DNA of 64,000 nucleotides from Candidatus Bathycorpusculum hydrogenotrophicum (GTDB lineage: Archaea; Thermoproteota; Bathyarchaeia; Bathyarchaeales; Bathycorpusculaceae), in assembly GCA_009783705.1 (NCBI GenBank), contig WRCX01000004.1:1827-65826 (forward strand), read 5' to 3'. Positions within the stretch are counted from its first letter, which is position 1. Every line of letters begins with the position of its first letter. A program made the position numbers and the translations under genes. Below the pieces are notes generated by a model that did no database searches, had not been told where the DNA came from, and saw only the letters and a program-made list of their open reading frames with translations. Shown piece by piece: positions 19,468 to 30,428 of the stretch.

Positions 19468-20006
19468 ATCCAAACCAAAAAATACGCGTCGCAACAGTCT
19501 GGCTCAGCGGTTGCAGCGGATGCCACATGAGCTTTCTAGATCAAGACGAACGACTGATAGACTTGGCAAAAAAAATCACTCTGGTATACAGCCCCTTTGC
19601 TGATGTAAAAGAGTTCCCAAAAGATGTCGCAATCACCCTAATCGAGGGCGCTGTGGCAAACGAAGAACAAAAAGAACTGCTAAAAACCATCCGATCCCGA
19701 ACAGCAATTCTAGTTTCTCTAGGCGACTGCGCAGTTACAGGCAACGTCGTTGCACTGCGCAATGGCTTGCCACACACCGACCAAGCAGTCCTAGAACGCG
19801 CCTACAAAGACCCAGCAGTTCTTAACGCTCAAATTCCTGACCAAGTACCCAAACTGCTCACCCATGCCCGACCCCTACACGAAATCATTAAAGTCGATCA
19901 CTACATCCCCGGTTGCCCACCAAACGCCGATCTGATTAACTATATACTAACCGAATTACTGGCTGGGCGAACACCCACCATGGAGGGACATTCCAAGTAT
20001 GGCTGA
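19464..20006 (+). CDS. hoxY: NiFe hydrogenase small subunit HoxY
   Basis: CSGCHMS, GDCAVTGNV, PGCPP; short 180-aa form. Confidence 0.9.
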   Translation: MNPNQKIRVATVWLSGCSGCHMSFLDQDERLIDLAKKITLVYSPFADVKEFPKDVAITLIEGAVANEEQKELLKTIRSRTAILVSLGDCAVTGNVVALRNGLPHTDQAVLERAYKDPAVLNAQIPDQVPKLLTHARPLHEIIKVDHYIPGCPPNADLINYILTELLAGRTPTMEGHSKYG

Positions 20007-21435
20007 TAAAAAAATCTTAATTTCACCCGTTACACGGATTGAAGGACACGCACAAATTACCATCCATCTAAACGATGATGACACAGTCAAAGAAGCAAAC
20101 TTTAAAGTCACTGATTTCCGAGGCTTTGAAAAATTCACAGAAAACCGCCCATTCTATGAAATGCCCTCAATTACCAGCCGCGCCTGCGGCATATGCCCCG
20201 TGAGCCACCTCTTAGCCAGCGCTAAAGCCTGCGACCAAATCGTTGGCGTTAACCCTCCAAAAACAGCTATAAAACTCAGGCGCCTCATGCACATGGGCCA
20301 ACTAATCCAGTCTCATGCATTAAATTTCTTCCACCTCTCCTCACCTGATTTTTTGATGGGATTTGACTCAAACCCTTTGCAACGTAACATTTTCGGATTA
20401 ATAGACAAAGAACCCGAATTAGCCATGCGCGGCATTCGACTGCGCAAATTCGGACAAGACATCATCGAGAAGATAGCAGGCAAAAAAATCCATTCCAGCG
20501 AATGGGTTCAACCCGGAGGTGCCAAATGGCCTCTAACACAAGAACGCGCCGACTACCTCCGTGCCAATCTCCCCGAAGCTCTTGATGCCGCACAAAAAAC
20601 GCTGGATATGTACAAACAAATGCTCGATGGCCTCCAAGAAGAAGTAGCAAACTTTGGTAGTTTCCCAACCTACTACATGGGCCTAGTAACCCCCGACGAC
20701 GGCTTAGAGCACTATGACGGCAAACTCCGAATCATAGACCCAACCGGAGCTACAGTCGTCGAATGTGTAGACCCCGCAAAATACCAAGACTTCATAGGTG
20801 AAGCCGTGGAGCCATGGTCTTATATGAAATTCCCCTACTTCAAAAACGTCGGCTATCCCAGCGGTGCTTATCGTGTCGGCCCCCTAGCGCGTCTAAATGT
20901 TGCCTCTCACTGTGGCACACCCCTAGCCGATGAGGCACTCAAAGACTTCAAAAAACTAGGCAAAAACGGTCCTGTTCAGAGCACATTCCACTACCACTAC
21001 GCTCGTCTTATCGAGGTGTTGTTCTGTATCGAAACCTCTAAGCGTCTCTTATCTGATCCCGATATCCAATCTGAGAACATTCGCTCAAAAGCCTTTGTAA
21101 ACAACCCTGAAGGCATAGGCGTCACAGAAGCTCCCCGCGGTACCCTAATTCACCACTACAAAGTCGATCCTCAGGGCATGATAACTTGGAACAACATGGT
21201 TATCGCCACTGAGCACAACAACATCGCCTACAACATGGCTATAACCCAGGTCGCAAAAAAATACGTCAAAGCACGCGAACTACAAGAAGGCATGCTCAAC
21301 CGCGTAGAAGCCGTCATCCGAGCATTTGACCCCTGTTTGAGCTGTGCCACACACGCCCTTGGAAGTGTGCCTCTGGATATACAACTCGTTGCATCCAATG
21401 GAACACTTCTAGACCGCAAAATAAGACAACACTAA
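19999..21435 (+). CDS. hoxH: NiFe hydrogenase large subunit HoxH (group 3)
   Basis: TRIEGH, L1 RACGICPVSH, EAPRGTL, L2 DPCLSCATH plus a cleavable C-terminal tail. Confidence 0.93.
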   Translation: MADKKILISPVTRIEGHAQITIHLNDDDTVKEANFKVTDFRGFEKFTENRPFYEMPSITSRACGICPVSHLLASAKACDQIVGVNPPKTAIKLRRLMHMGQLIQSHALNFFHLSSPDFLMGFDSNPLQRNIFGLIDKEPELAMRGIRLRKFGQDIIEKIAGKKIHSSEWVQPGGAKWPLTQERADYLRANLPEALDAAQKTLDMYKQMLDGLQEEVANFGSFPTYYMGLVTPDDGLEHYDGKLRIIDPTGATVVECVDPAKYQDFIGEAVEPWSYMKFPYFKNVGYPSGAYRVGPLARLNVASHCGTPLADEALKDFKKLGKNGPVQSTFHYHYARLIEVLFCIETSKRLLSDPDIQSENIRSKAFVNNPEGIGVTEAPRGTLIHHYKVDPQGMITWNNMVIATEHNNIAYNMAITQVAKKYVKARELQEGMLNRVEAVIRAFDPCLSCATHALGSVPLDIQLVASNGTLLDRKIRQH

Positions 21436-21730
21436 CTCTGCATCAACACCAACCCCCTCTTTCACCAAGCAAGACTCGCCTAACCTGCCGGTTGCACACA
21501 AACGCTACTCTTTTGATGAAACAAGCACTGTCTCTATTTTCTAAAACTTAACTTTCTATAACCCTTTTTGGTTAAGCGCTGACTTGACATGTTGTTTAAA
21601 TTCTTTGTACCCTTGTAGTATTATTGTTTTTAATTAAATATGAGCCGTAGCTTTAGCCTCTAGATACCCAGCGATTTATCCCTGTAGTTCAAGCAAGTGC
21701 TCATTCTATTTTAAAAGATGGTTGATTTAG

Positions 21731-22684
21731 TTGAACAAGAGTTTAGTAGCATTTTGTCTATTGGTCCTTCTGAGTGTTCTTTTAGTGGTTCCCCTAAAAC
21801 CCGCAGGGGCTACAACGGTGTTTTCAGATAATTTTTCCTCTGGAAATTTTGAGCGCTGGTCTCAATCATTTGTTGTTTCTGGCGCAAGTCAAAGTGTTAG
21901 CGGCGGCATCGCCCGATTTATCGTTCCCACTCCAACTGCTGGGAGCAATTCATGTTCATACCTTGTAAGAGACGGTTTCACCTCAACAGTAAACAGCACC
22001 ATCATAGCCTCCCAAGATATTTTGGTAGCAAACGTTCCCAATGGGTCTCCACAGGGTAACGGTGCCATATTTTTTCTCTATGTATGTGACTCAACCGATT
22101 TAGGCGGTAATGCCGGAAACATTGGCATTGGTATAGATGGTTCAACGCTATGGTCCATGTGGATAGGCGGAAGTCTCATCTACACATATGTTTTTCAAAC
22201 AACCGGTTCATCCCCAACAAGCAATACATGGTACCATATTGTTCTAACTATTAACAATCAAGCCCAAACGGCCACTTTAGCAGTTAATGGTATAGTTGTG
22301 ATTAATGTTTCTCAGCAAGAATTCACCGATAAACCCCATCCCATAAGTCTTATGTCTGGAATGGGTGAAGACTGGTGGAGCGATGGCTCGGGACAACAAG
22401 AAATCAATATTGATAATGTTCAACTCGACATCTCAGACGCATCCACATCCCTTGGTATTCCAAATAATATCTATCCACTTTCACCCTCTCCAAACAACCC
22501 TTTTGATACCCCAAATATCATGGTCACACCCTCCATTTCGCCACCCTTTCTGTATCCTACTCAAAAATTGATGCCCGTGGATGTTGACGTGTTCATTGGG
22601 TTAACACTTATGGGCGTCACTATCTTGACTGTTTTAGTCGGTGTTCTAATCGCTGTGTTTAGACACAAACATAGTGCTAAGTAA
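21731..22684 (+). CDS. Secreted beta-sandwich (LamG/concanavalin-like) protein with Pro-rich linker and C-terminal membrane anchor
   Basis: Signal peptide, FSDNFSSG, WYHIVLTI, IDNVQL, C-terminal TM followed by RHK. Confidence 0.6.
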   Translation: MNKSLVAFCLLVLLSVLLVVPLKPAGATTVFSDNFSSGNFERWSQSFVVSGASQSVSGGIARFIVPTPTAGSNSCSYLVRDGFTSTVNSTIIASQDILVANVPNGSPQGNGAIFFLYVCDSTDLGGNAGNIGIGIDGSTLWSMWIGGSLIYTYVFQTTGSSPTSNTWYHIVLTINNQAQTATLAVNGIVVINVSQQEFTDKPHPISLMSGMGEDWWSDGSGQQEINIDNVQLDISDASTSLGIPNNIYPLSPSPNNPFDTPNIMVTPSISPPFLYPTQKLMPVDVDVFIGLTLMGVTILTVLVGVLIAVFRHKHSAK

Positions 22685-23089
22685 GAGCAAGTAGTAAACA
22701 CAAATAATCTTGCTTAACATCTGCCAGGAAAAAACTTGATGAAAGTGGATTCTGCTCTTTTTTTTACTTCTTTTAAAAGAGTGTGGTGTTTTATCGGTAT
22801 CATTGGGTCTAAGAAAATTAAGGCTGTTTTTTTATTGATGGAAGGTTGTGGTTGTTATAGCTTTTAGCTGTTAACTGTTTTGGTGAGGTCGTTGTTGTTA
22901 TCGTGTTTTATCTTGTTAGGTGGAAATATGTGGGTGTATGTTTTTGGCTTATGTTTTTGATGTGTACCTACAATCCTGTATTCATTAAGCGCCATCTACG
23001 ATTCATTTGTGAGTCATCAGTAGGCTTAATAATGCTGATATATCTTGTAAAAATGTATTAATTCACAATACATTATAAAGTGAACTGTT

Positions 23090-26000
23090 ATGCGCCTCCT
23101 CATAAAAAAAGTCAACATACAACCTAACAAAAAACCAAAAACAAAACAAATTATAACACACTACCTACTACCCACACTACTCATCCTGACACTAATAATA
23201 ACAACAGCCCTCATCATACAAACCAACAACAACGTAAACGCCCTCACAAGAACCGACCAATACGATACAACATATTATGTATCCGCAAATGGAAACGACA
23301 CCACAAATGACGGCTTATCTACAGACACTCCTTTTGCAACACTAGCAAAAACAGCAGAGATAATCAATGGCAAGGAAATAGACGGAAATTATCTTGTCAT
23401 TGTTATGACTGATCTAACCTCAACCGCATGTGCCCGCTACTATGATCACAGCGTCACTATCACAAGCATCAGTGACACACCCCTTACCGTCACCCGCGGC
23501 ACCAACTTTACTGTTATAGCAGATAACGCACGCAGCTGGTACAACCCACCCATGCTAGAAATCCAAAGCACAAACCTAACCACAACCGCCCCTAAAATCA
23601 CCTTAACCCTCAAAAACATCATCTTTGACGACGCATATCTTCACGAAGGTACAACATTTAGCTACGCACCAACCCCACATGGTAATGAATCAAGCACAGC
23701 CTATGTCCAAGACGCCATAGTCTCCTCCTATGCCCTCTCTGCAACCATCATATTAGACACAGGCGCCGAACTACACAACTTCGGAGGCATGACCGCAATA
23801 CGTGCCGGCTACCAAGCCACTGTAGTACTTAACAGCGACAGCCTAATCACCGATATTCGACCCAACGCAAACACAAACAACCGCGAAGTCAACACAGCCA
23901 CAAACAACTGGGCCGCCAATGGTGAGGCCGCCATAAGCATTGCAGATTCTTATCTCTACATGCACTCAGGCTCAAAAATTACAAACATTGCAAACACACA
24001 CGCCATAAAATTCACCGGAACCATCGCATGTTTCATGGACGGCGAAATCTCCAACATGATAGGCAATAAAGGCATGGACACCGATCCCAACGGCAACGGA
24101 AGAGGAGTCAAAAGTGCAATATATTTTGACCGGAGCGCAACTGTCGACCATACCAATACAGCTGCACATATTTCTGGTTCAGCTATTATCGGTCCAAACG
24201 CAACCATACACAGCAACGCCATAAAATGCGGTGCCATATGTGTTTCTCGCAACCCAAACACTTCAGTAAAAATACATGGCAAAATCAACAACAACACAGG
24301 TGGAACAGGTTCACTAGGCTTAGGAGCAAATGGCGGGGGTCTCTACATCGTCAGCGGCGGTACAATATATCTAGAAGACGGTTGCGAAATTACCGGCAAC
24401 AGCATTAGAGGTGGCGCCTACGGCGGTGCAGCCAGTGTTCAGCAGAGCGGCTCAAAATTGGTTATGAATGGCGGCACCATTTCTGGAAACAGCGGGTCAG
24501 TAGCCAACCCCGGTATAACCGTAAATAAGGGCGATGCAAGTTTTGAGATGAATGGTGGCATCATTGAAAATGGTGATCAAGCGCTACATCTCTATGAAAG
24601 CGGCTCAGATGGTACCGTGGGCAAGCTTACACTAAACGCAGGCACAGTCTCGGGTGTAACAGTGGACCCCAACATTCTCTTTGGGTATCATATCCAACGT
24701 TATCTTTTCATAAACCAAGACAATGTCACCATTGAAACGGGATACGCACGTGTTGCTGGCCGAAACGTATACCCCATAAGCGCGGATTTTAAAATCGGCA
24801 ATCCAAACACAGCAACCTACACAAATATCCAATCAAACCTGCCCAAAGACTGGACCATGCCCACTAACAACGGTAATGTTATTGGGTTCTGGTTACAAAA
24901 AAACGGCAGTGCAAAATACTCCATACCAAAACCAACAACAGGCACGGGTGGGATTAACTATAACGCGTCTCTTAACAGCTATTTTGTTGCCATACAAGCA
25001 ACAACAGCTGACGGCATAGCAGATACCAACATTCCACTCAAACTCTACCCGACATCAATTATCCGCGTAGGCAATGCCGATCACATTGTTGTATCTGTTC
25101 CTCTTGATGCATACCCAAACGGTGCTACTGTGGCCCTTGTTCAACCCACAACTGTATACGGTGAAATCATCATCACCGGACCCCCAACATTATACTATGA
25201 CCTAACCGCTAACGACTACACCATCAACTACACCACTTCATACAATATGCCGCAAGGACTACACGCCGCACTAATAGCCGATGGACACAACAACGAAAAC
25301 ACACAATTTCAACTTATCCTCTATCCTGATTCCCGTACAACTCCTGATCTCTCAAACTTGGTTCTAACAAGCGATATCTTTGAGATCAAAGACATACCTG
25401 TTTGGAACACAGCTACCCACGAAGTTGTTTTGACCCTTAAACTAAAAGATGACTGGAACACCACGACAGACCTGGAGTTAAATTTCGAATTTAACTGCAA
25501 TATGGTTGCTACAGAGTTTGAAGAAGGTGAATTTCTAAGACTTACAGGTGACCTTATAATTAACGGAAAGGGGCAAACCTATGAAGTACCTAGCAATGAA
25601 GCAAAAACTGAAATGAAGATACAAAAGGGCAATCTTGATATAAAAAAAATTCTTTCAGGCAATAGAGCAGAGGACACAAAAACTTTCCACTTCACCATAA
25701 CCTTTAGTGACGGCGGCACATATGATGGCATTGTAAACGGAACCACCATTCCATTAAAGGGTGGTGAGAACAAACTCATCGAAGGTATAATTCAAGGAAT
25801 AAACTATACCGTTATTGAACAGGAGGCAAATCAGGACGGTTATACAACAACCTCAAGAGGTGCAAGCGGCACCATATCGGAAAACCTCTCTGAAGCCATC
25901 TTTATCAATTCCCGCGGTTTACCTGAGTATGTTGTGACCATTAATGACAGCTTTGCCGGCGAGTTATCTGGTGCAGGTAAGTATATTGAAAGCACCAATG

Positions 26001-27619
26001 TTACCATTCGTGCAGGCAATTGCAAGGGTTATGACTTCTCTGGCTGGACAGTTGACGATGTAACGGTTGGGCTTGAGAACAACACAAGTGCTACTACCTC
26101 TTTTATTATGCCTGCAAATAATGTTACACTCACAGCAAACTGGACGCCCATTGCATACAATATCGTCTATGTACTGTCTAGTGGAACTAATGCACCAAGT
26201 AATCCTTCTATGTACACTGCGCTTGATCTCCCCCTTAGCATAGCGGCACCCTCTAGAACAAACTTCCTCTTTGTAGGCTGGATCGCAATTTATTCTGATG
26301 GAACTCCCGCTTTAACAACTTCAACCGTTAGCTACAGTATCCCCCAAAACACTACTGGTAGGGTTATCTTATATGCTCAATGGCAACAAACTGGCGGTGT
26401 AAGCCGCTATACAGTAACATACAACGGTAATGGCAATACAGGGGGTGTAGTGCCCATAGACACTAACAGTCCCTATATCCGTGGAAGTACAGTAGTAGTA
26501 TTAAGTCAAGGTAGCTTAATCCGCGAAAACTATACTTTCCTTGGATGGGCAACAAACCCCACCGCAGACATACCAACCTACACAGTTGACTCCGAATTTA
26601 CCATACAAACTGACACCGTTCTATATGCAGTATGGACTCAAACCAAATACACAGTAACCTACAAACCGGGCGAACATGGCACCTTTGATGAACAAGTCAC
26701 AACTGATCTTTCCTTTGGTATCCCAACACCTAAATCACCTGAAGTAACAGGTGAAATCGGCTGGATATTTACCGGTTGGAATCCAATACCCAGCGAAACA
26801 GTTACAGAAAATGCTATCTACACAGCACAATGGAAACAAGAACCCAACCCAGAGCTGTTTACAGTACAGTTTGTAGATTGGGATGGAAGACTCTTAAAAT
26901 CTGAGCAAGTTTCCTATGGCGGTAATGCAACTGCACCGGCTAATCCATCACGTGTGGGGTATACATTTACCGGTTGGAGCCCCTCCACCTTTACCAACAT
27001 CACCTCTGATCTAACAGTTATTGCGCGATACAGCCAAAACGGTGGCGGCAGTAGTGGTGGAGGTGGATCATCAAATAAACCCACACCCAGCCCATCTCCA
27101 TCTCCCAGTCCCTCGCCTTTACCTAGTTTATCGCCTTCACCCAGTCCATCAGCTCCTCCCATTGGCGGTGGTACAGATGAGAACGAGTTACCCGCTTGGG
27201 CTCTGGTAAACTTGATTTTAAGTATAGTGGGTTTGGTATTGGCTATTCTGTTGGTGGTTTGGGTGTTATTATCACGCAAACAAAAACAAACAAAACAACC
27301 ACAAGAAAAGCAAACACCGGCTAATCAGGATAAGTATGGAGCTAATCAAAGAGAAGCCAAAGAAGAAGTGAGAAAGCAGAAGCGGTATCGAACCTTGTGG
27401 TTTGTCTTAGGGGGCATTATGGGTATTGGGGGTTTTATTGTGTTTCTGCTTACAGAGGATACGAGCCGTCCAATGATCTTAGTTGATAAATGGACCATCG
27501 TAAACGTCATCATGTTTGCAGTACAACTCATCGCTATAACCTTCACCTTTAAACCCAAAAATAAAAAAAACAAAGAAGACGCTAAACAAGAGGTGCATAG
27601 CGCCTCTTCTCCCCGCTAA
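23090..27619 (+). CDS. Large adhesin-like surface protein (beta-helix region, InlB/Flg_new-like repeats, PS linker, two C-terminal TM helices)
   Basis: YYVSANGND, Gly-rich GGxI repeats, FxGW...LYAxW repeats, KPTPSPSPSPSP, WALVNLIL. Confidence 0.75.
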   Translation: MRLLIKKVNIQPNKKPKTKQIITHYLLPTLLILTLIITTALIIQTNNNVNALTRTDQYDTTYYVSANGNDTTNDGLSTDTPFATLAKTAEIINGKEIDGNYLVIVMTDLTSTACARYYDHSVTITSISDTPLTVTRGTNFTVIADNARSWYNPPMLEIQSTNLTTTAPKITLTLKNIIFDDAYLHEGTTFSYAPTPHGNESSTAYVQDAIVSSYALSATIILDTGAELHNFGGMTAIRAGYQATVVLNSDSLITDIRPNANTNNREVNTATNNWAANGEAAISIADSYLYMHSGSKITNIANTHAIKFTGTIACFMDGEISNMIGNKGMDTDPNGNGRGVKSAIYFDRSATVDHTNTAAHISGSAIIGPNATIHSNAIKCGAICVSRNPNTSVKIHGKINNNTGGTGSLGLGANGGGLYIVSGGTIYLEDGCEITGNSIRGGAYGGAASVQQSGSKLVMNGGTISGNSGSVANPGITVNKGDASFEMNGGIIENGDQALHLYESGSDGTVGKLTLNAGTVSGVTVDPNILFGYHIQRYLFINQDNVTIETGYARVAGRNVYPISADFKIGNPNTATYTNIQSNLPKDWTMPTNNGNVIGFWLQKNGSAKYSIPKPTTGTGGINYNASLNSYFVAIQATTADGIADTNIPLKLYPTSIIRVGNADHIVVSVPLDAYPNGATVALVQPTTVYGEIIITGPPTLYYDLTANDYTINYTTSYNMPQGLHAALIADGHNNENTQFQLILYPDSRTTPDLSNLVLTSDIFEIKDIPVWNTATHEVVLTLKLKDDWNTTTDLELNFEFNCNMVATEFEEGEFLRLTGDLIINGKGQTYEVPSNEAKTEMKIQKGNLDIKKILSGNRAEDTKTFHFTITFSDGGTYDGIVNGTTIPLKGGENKLIEGIIQGINYTVIEQEANQDGYTTTSRGASGTISENLSEAIFINSRGLPEYVVTINDSFAGELSGAGKYIESTNVTIRAGNCKGYDFSGWTVDDVTVGLENNTSATTSFIMPANNVTLTANWTPIAYNIVYVLSSGTNAPSNPSMYTALDLPLSIAAPSRTNFLFVGWIAIYSDGTPALTTSTVSYSIPQNTTGRVILYAQWQQTGGVSRYTVTYNGNGNTGGVVPIDTNSPYIRGSTVVVLSQGSLIRENYTFLGWATNPTADIPTYTVDSEFTIQTDTVLYAVWTQTKYTVTYKPGEHGTFDEQVTTDLSFGIPTPKSPEVTGEIGWIFTGWNPIPSETVTENAIYTAQWKQEPNPELFTVQFVDWDGRLLKSEQVSYGGNATAPANPSRVGYTFTGWSPSTFTNITSDLTVIARYSQNGGGSSGGGGSSNKPTPSPSPSPSPSPLPSLSPSPSPSAPPIGGGTDENELPAWALVNLILSIVGLVLAILLVVWVLLSRKQKQTKQPQEKQTPANQDKYGANQREAKEEVRKQKRYRTLWFVLGGIMGIGGFIVFLLTEDTSRPMILVDKWTIVNVIMFAVQLIAITFTFKPKNKKNKEDAKQEVHSASSPR

Positions 27620-27785
27620 CCTATCCAGCTATTCTTGGATAGACTCTGCATTTTTAACTTTAAAATAACTGTTAAATGTGCCCGCTTGCGGCATGCCTTG
27701 TTTGTTGCCTGCTTATATTGTCTGCTTTTAGTTACACAGTTTGCATAGTATACAAAAAATAAACTGTTACTTCCAGATTAGGTTG

Positions 27786-28067
27786 TTACTCTTTACACTG
27801 TTTGAGGTTACGGAGTTGCTCAAATGTCTGATTTAGTATTGCATGATCCGCTATGGTTCTAACGGCGGAAACTGGAAGACAAACTGTAACCTTACCAAGA
27901 AAGGGTTGCTTAAACCCAAGCCGTTGTGTCGACTCATCAGTCAAATTAACAAACATGCTCTTTATCTGCCAGGTATCCATGTCTACGTCAGCGCTGTTAA
28001 TTTCACCAAGTTCAAAATTATCTGCAGTAAATGCCTTTTTCCAAAAAAGCCGAGTTATTTCAACCAT
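27786..28067 (-). CDS. PRC-barrel domain protein
   Basis: KKAFTADNFELGEI...DTWQI...LPVSAVRTIADHAIL pattern. Confidence 0.7.
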   Translation of the reverse strand: MVEITRLFWKKAFTADNFELGEINSADVDMDTWQIKSMFVNLTDESTQRLGFKQPFLGKVTVCLPVSAVRTIADHAILNQTFEQLRNLKQCKE

Positions 28068-28164
28068 AAAAAAGCCTCATTATAAAAATGCCCGATGCGG
28101 TTTATATCTGTTAGTTAGAAGCCTTTTAACATCCTGCTTCTATAATGTAGTGGTGGTATTTGTT

Positions 28165-28560
28165 TTGTCAGATTCTCAACAGCAAAGAAAACTCTCCGCT
28201 GAAGAAGAACAAATTATAGTCTACAAAGACACTGAGATGCCTTTTACCGGTAAATACAATACTTTCTGGGGAAAAGGTACCTATATCTGCAAAAGATGCG
28301 GGGCCAAACTGTACCGTTCAGAGCACAAATTTGAGGCCGACTGCGGCTGGCCCAGCTTTGATGAAGAAATCCCCGGCGCAGTGAAACGGTTACCTGATCC
28401 TGATGGTATACGAGTAGAAATTGAATGTGCCAACTGCGGTGCCCACCTCGGGCATGTCTTCACAGGTGAGCACTTAACCCAGAGGAATACACGACACTGT
28501 GTTAATTCATTGTCGATGGAATTCATTCCAGATAAACCAGTATCTTCTGGAGAACAGTAA
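28165..28560 (+). CDS. msrB: Methionine-R-sulfoxide reductase
   Basis: TEMPFTG, CKRC, GWPSF, CANCGAHLGHVF, RHCVNS. Probable TTG start after GTGGTGG; the ORF-track start at 27853 is over-extended. Confidence 0.92.
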   Translation: MSDSQQQRKLSAEEEQIIVYKDTEMPFTGKYNTFWGKGTYICKRCGAKLYRSEHKFEADCGWPSFDEEIPGAVKRLPDPDGIRVEIECANCGAHLGHVFTGEHLTQRNTRHCVNSLSMEFIPDKPVSSGEQ

Positions 28561-28751
28561 AATGGCAAGTTGTGGAATGCTTAATACCTTATAGCATGCA
28601 ATCTACCGGTAGGTGATTATTGTGCCGCAGATGCCATATGGTGGAGATATTTTGGGAGAGTGGAAACAAATCAAGCAAGGCAACGCGTCCCGCTAAACTT
28701 TCTGAAACATCCCTCATAAGTCTGAAAATTTGTGAGCGCTGTATTTAACGA

Positions 28752-29348
28752 TCAAAGGATAAAACAATAATCAGTGACTTTTTTTCTGGGTGGTGCCGAT
28801 GGTTGTTCATCTGGATAACCAAGTATAATGAATGCATGTGGTTCAACATGTTTGGGGATCTTTAGGGTTTCCTGCACAAGTTGCCTACAGAAGGCAGGTG
28901 CACAATACCAGCAAGTACCCAAACCGATTGCATGGGCTACCAAAAGCAGATTTTGGATACCTGCACCTAAACTCGCCACCGCCAAATCCCGCTCAATACT
29001 CTGCCGCACTTCATCGGAAAATTTCCTAAGACCCTCCACTGTTAAGCATGCCAAAATCAACACCGGGGCACCTGCAAAGCGCTCTACCCGTTCACTGCGC
29101 GTTTTAGCATCAACCCCATGATTATCCCTTGCGACATCTATTGCCCAAACATCTGCCATCTGCTCAGCCAAATCCCGCTTAACTTGAGCATCCTCTAAGA
29201 CAATAAACCGCCACGGCTGACTGTTATGTGCCGAAGGCGCCCAAGCCACCGTCTCCAAAACCGTTTGTACAACCTCTTTGGGAACTGGTTTAGACTGATA
29301 GCTACGAATACTTCGTCGTTGCCTAATTACATCATACAAATCGGGCAT
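28752..29348 (-). CDS. Nitroreductase-family protein
   Basis: RRSIRSY, APSAHNSQPWRF, AIGLGTCW, LGYP. Confidence 0.88.
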   Translation of the reverse strand: MPDLYDVIRQRRSIRSYQSKPVPKEVVQTVLETVAWAPSAHNSQPWRFIVLEDAQVKRDLAEQMADVWAIDVARDNHGVDAKTRSERVERFAGAPVLILACLTVEGLRKFSDEVRQSIERDLAVASLGAGIQNLLLVAHAIGLGTCWYCAPAFCRQLVQETLKIPKHVEPHAFIILGYPDEQPSAPPRKKVTDYCFIL

Positions 29349-29379
29349 AACAAAATAAAAAGAAAAGTTGGTTTTATGT

Positions 29380-30402
29380 TTATGCTTGGTTGGGTTCTAA
29401 TATGACTTTTAGCGAATTACCCGCCTCAGCCATCAACCGAAAACCTTCCTGAGCTTCAGTGAGCGGCAGTCGATGGGTAATCATGTCCTTAACGTTGAGC
29501 TTGCCTGTTGACAAAACGGCCAATGCGTCTTCGATATCATTGGGTGCCGCACCGTAGCTTGTGCGCATGGTGATTTCGTTACGCCAAAACTGATTGATAG
29601 GCACCTGTAGTTTCACAGTTGGATCAGGCACAGCAAAGAACAGAATCGAACCCCCATTTTCCACACAATCCATCGAGGCCATAGCCGCTGAGATTGCACC
29701 AGTACAAACAATGACTTGATCAGCTAAATGTCCCGTTAACTCTCGCAGTTTCTCTGATAGGTTGGTTTTAGCATCAAGCGCATGGTGCGCACCAAATTTC
29801 TTGGCCAACTCTAACCGATAGGGGTTGATATCAGCGACAATTATGTTCTCAACACCATGATATTTGGCGAGCTGAGCGTGGAGAATACCGCTGATGCCGC
29901 TGCCAATGATAAGAACCGTATCTTCTTTTTTGAGTCCTGTTAATCTCTGTCCACGCGATACGCAAGCCAACGGCTCAATAAAGGTGCCTTCCTCAAAACT
30001 CATCGCATCAGGCAATCTATAGATGCCATGTTCTACATTGATTTTGGGAACTAGCACATACTGAGCAAAACCGCCGGGATAAAAGTTGGTAGTGTGGAGG
30101 GTATGACAGGCAGTATGATTACCTCTTTGGCAATGCCGGCACTCAAAACAAGGCACATGATGGGAAACAAAAACCCGTTCGCCATTCCAGTTCTTAACTT
30201 TGTCTCCAACTTGATCGATGATACCTGTGACTTCATGGCCCAACACACGCGGTGCCTTGGGAACACGATACCACTCAATAACATCACTACCACAGATACC
30301 GCTCGCCATCACTTTGAGCCGAACTTCTTCCTCACCGACTTTAGGTGTTGGAATCTCTTGTACCTGCACATCATGATTGTTATAATAAAAAGCAGCTAAC
30401 AA
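29380..30402 (-). CDS. Zn-dependent (sugar/polyol-type) alcohol dehydrogenase
   Basis: GICGSD, GHE, CFECRHCQRGNHTAC, GSGISG. Confidence 0.88.
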   Translation of the reverse strand: MLAAFYYNNHDVQVQEIPTPKVGEEEVRLKVMASGICGSDVIEWYRVPKAPRVLGHEVTGIIDQVGDKVKNWNGERVFVSHHVPCFECRHCQRGNHTACHTLHTTNFYPGGFAQYVLVPKINVEHGIYRLPDAMSFEEGTFIEPLACVSRGQRLTGLKKEDTVLIIGSGISGILHAQLAKYHGVENIIVADINPYRLELAKKFGAHHALDAKTNLSEKLRELTGHLADQVIVCTGAISAAMASMDCVENGGSILFFAVPDPTVKLQVPINQFWRNEITMRTSYGAAPNDIEDALAVLSTGKLNVKDMITHRLPLTEAQEGFRLMAEAGNSLKVILEPNQA

Positions 30403-30428
30403 TAAAATTCACCCAAAAAAGAGGCTGA

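Noticed and set aside
17225-21419. Numerous antisense ORFs within the hox operon and other genes
   Set aside because: Shadow ORFs caused by codon bias, fully overlapping well-supported genes.
27853-28164. N-terminal extension of MsrB in the ORF track
   Set aside because: It overlaps the opposite-strand PRC-barrel gene and is not protein-like. The TTG at 28165 has a good RBS.
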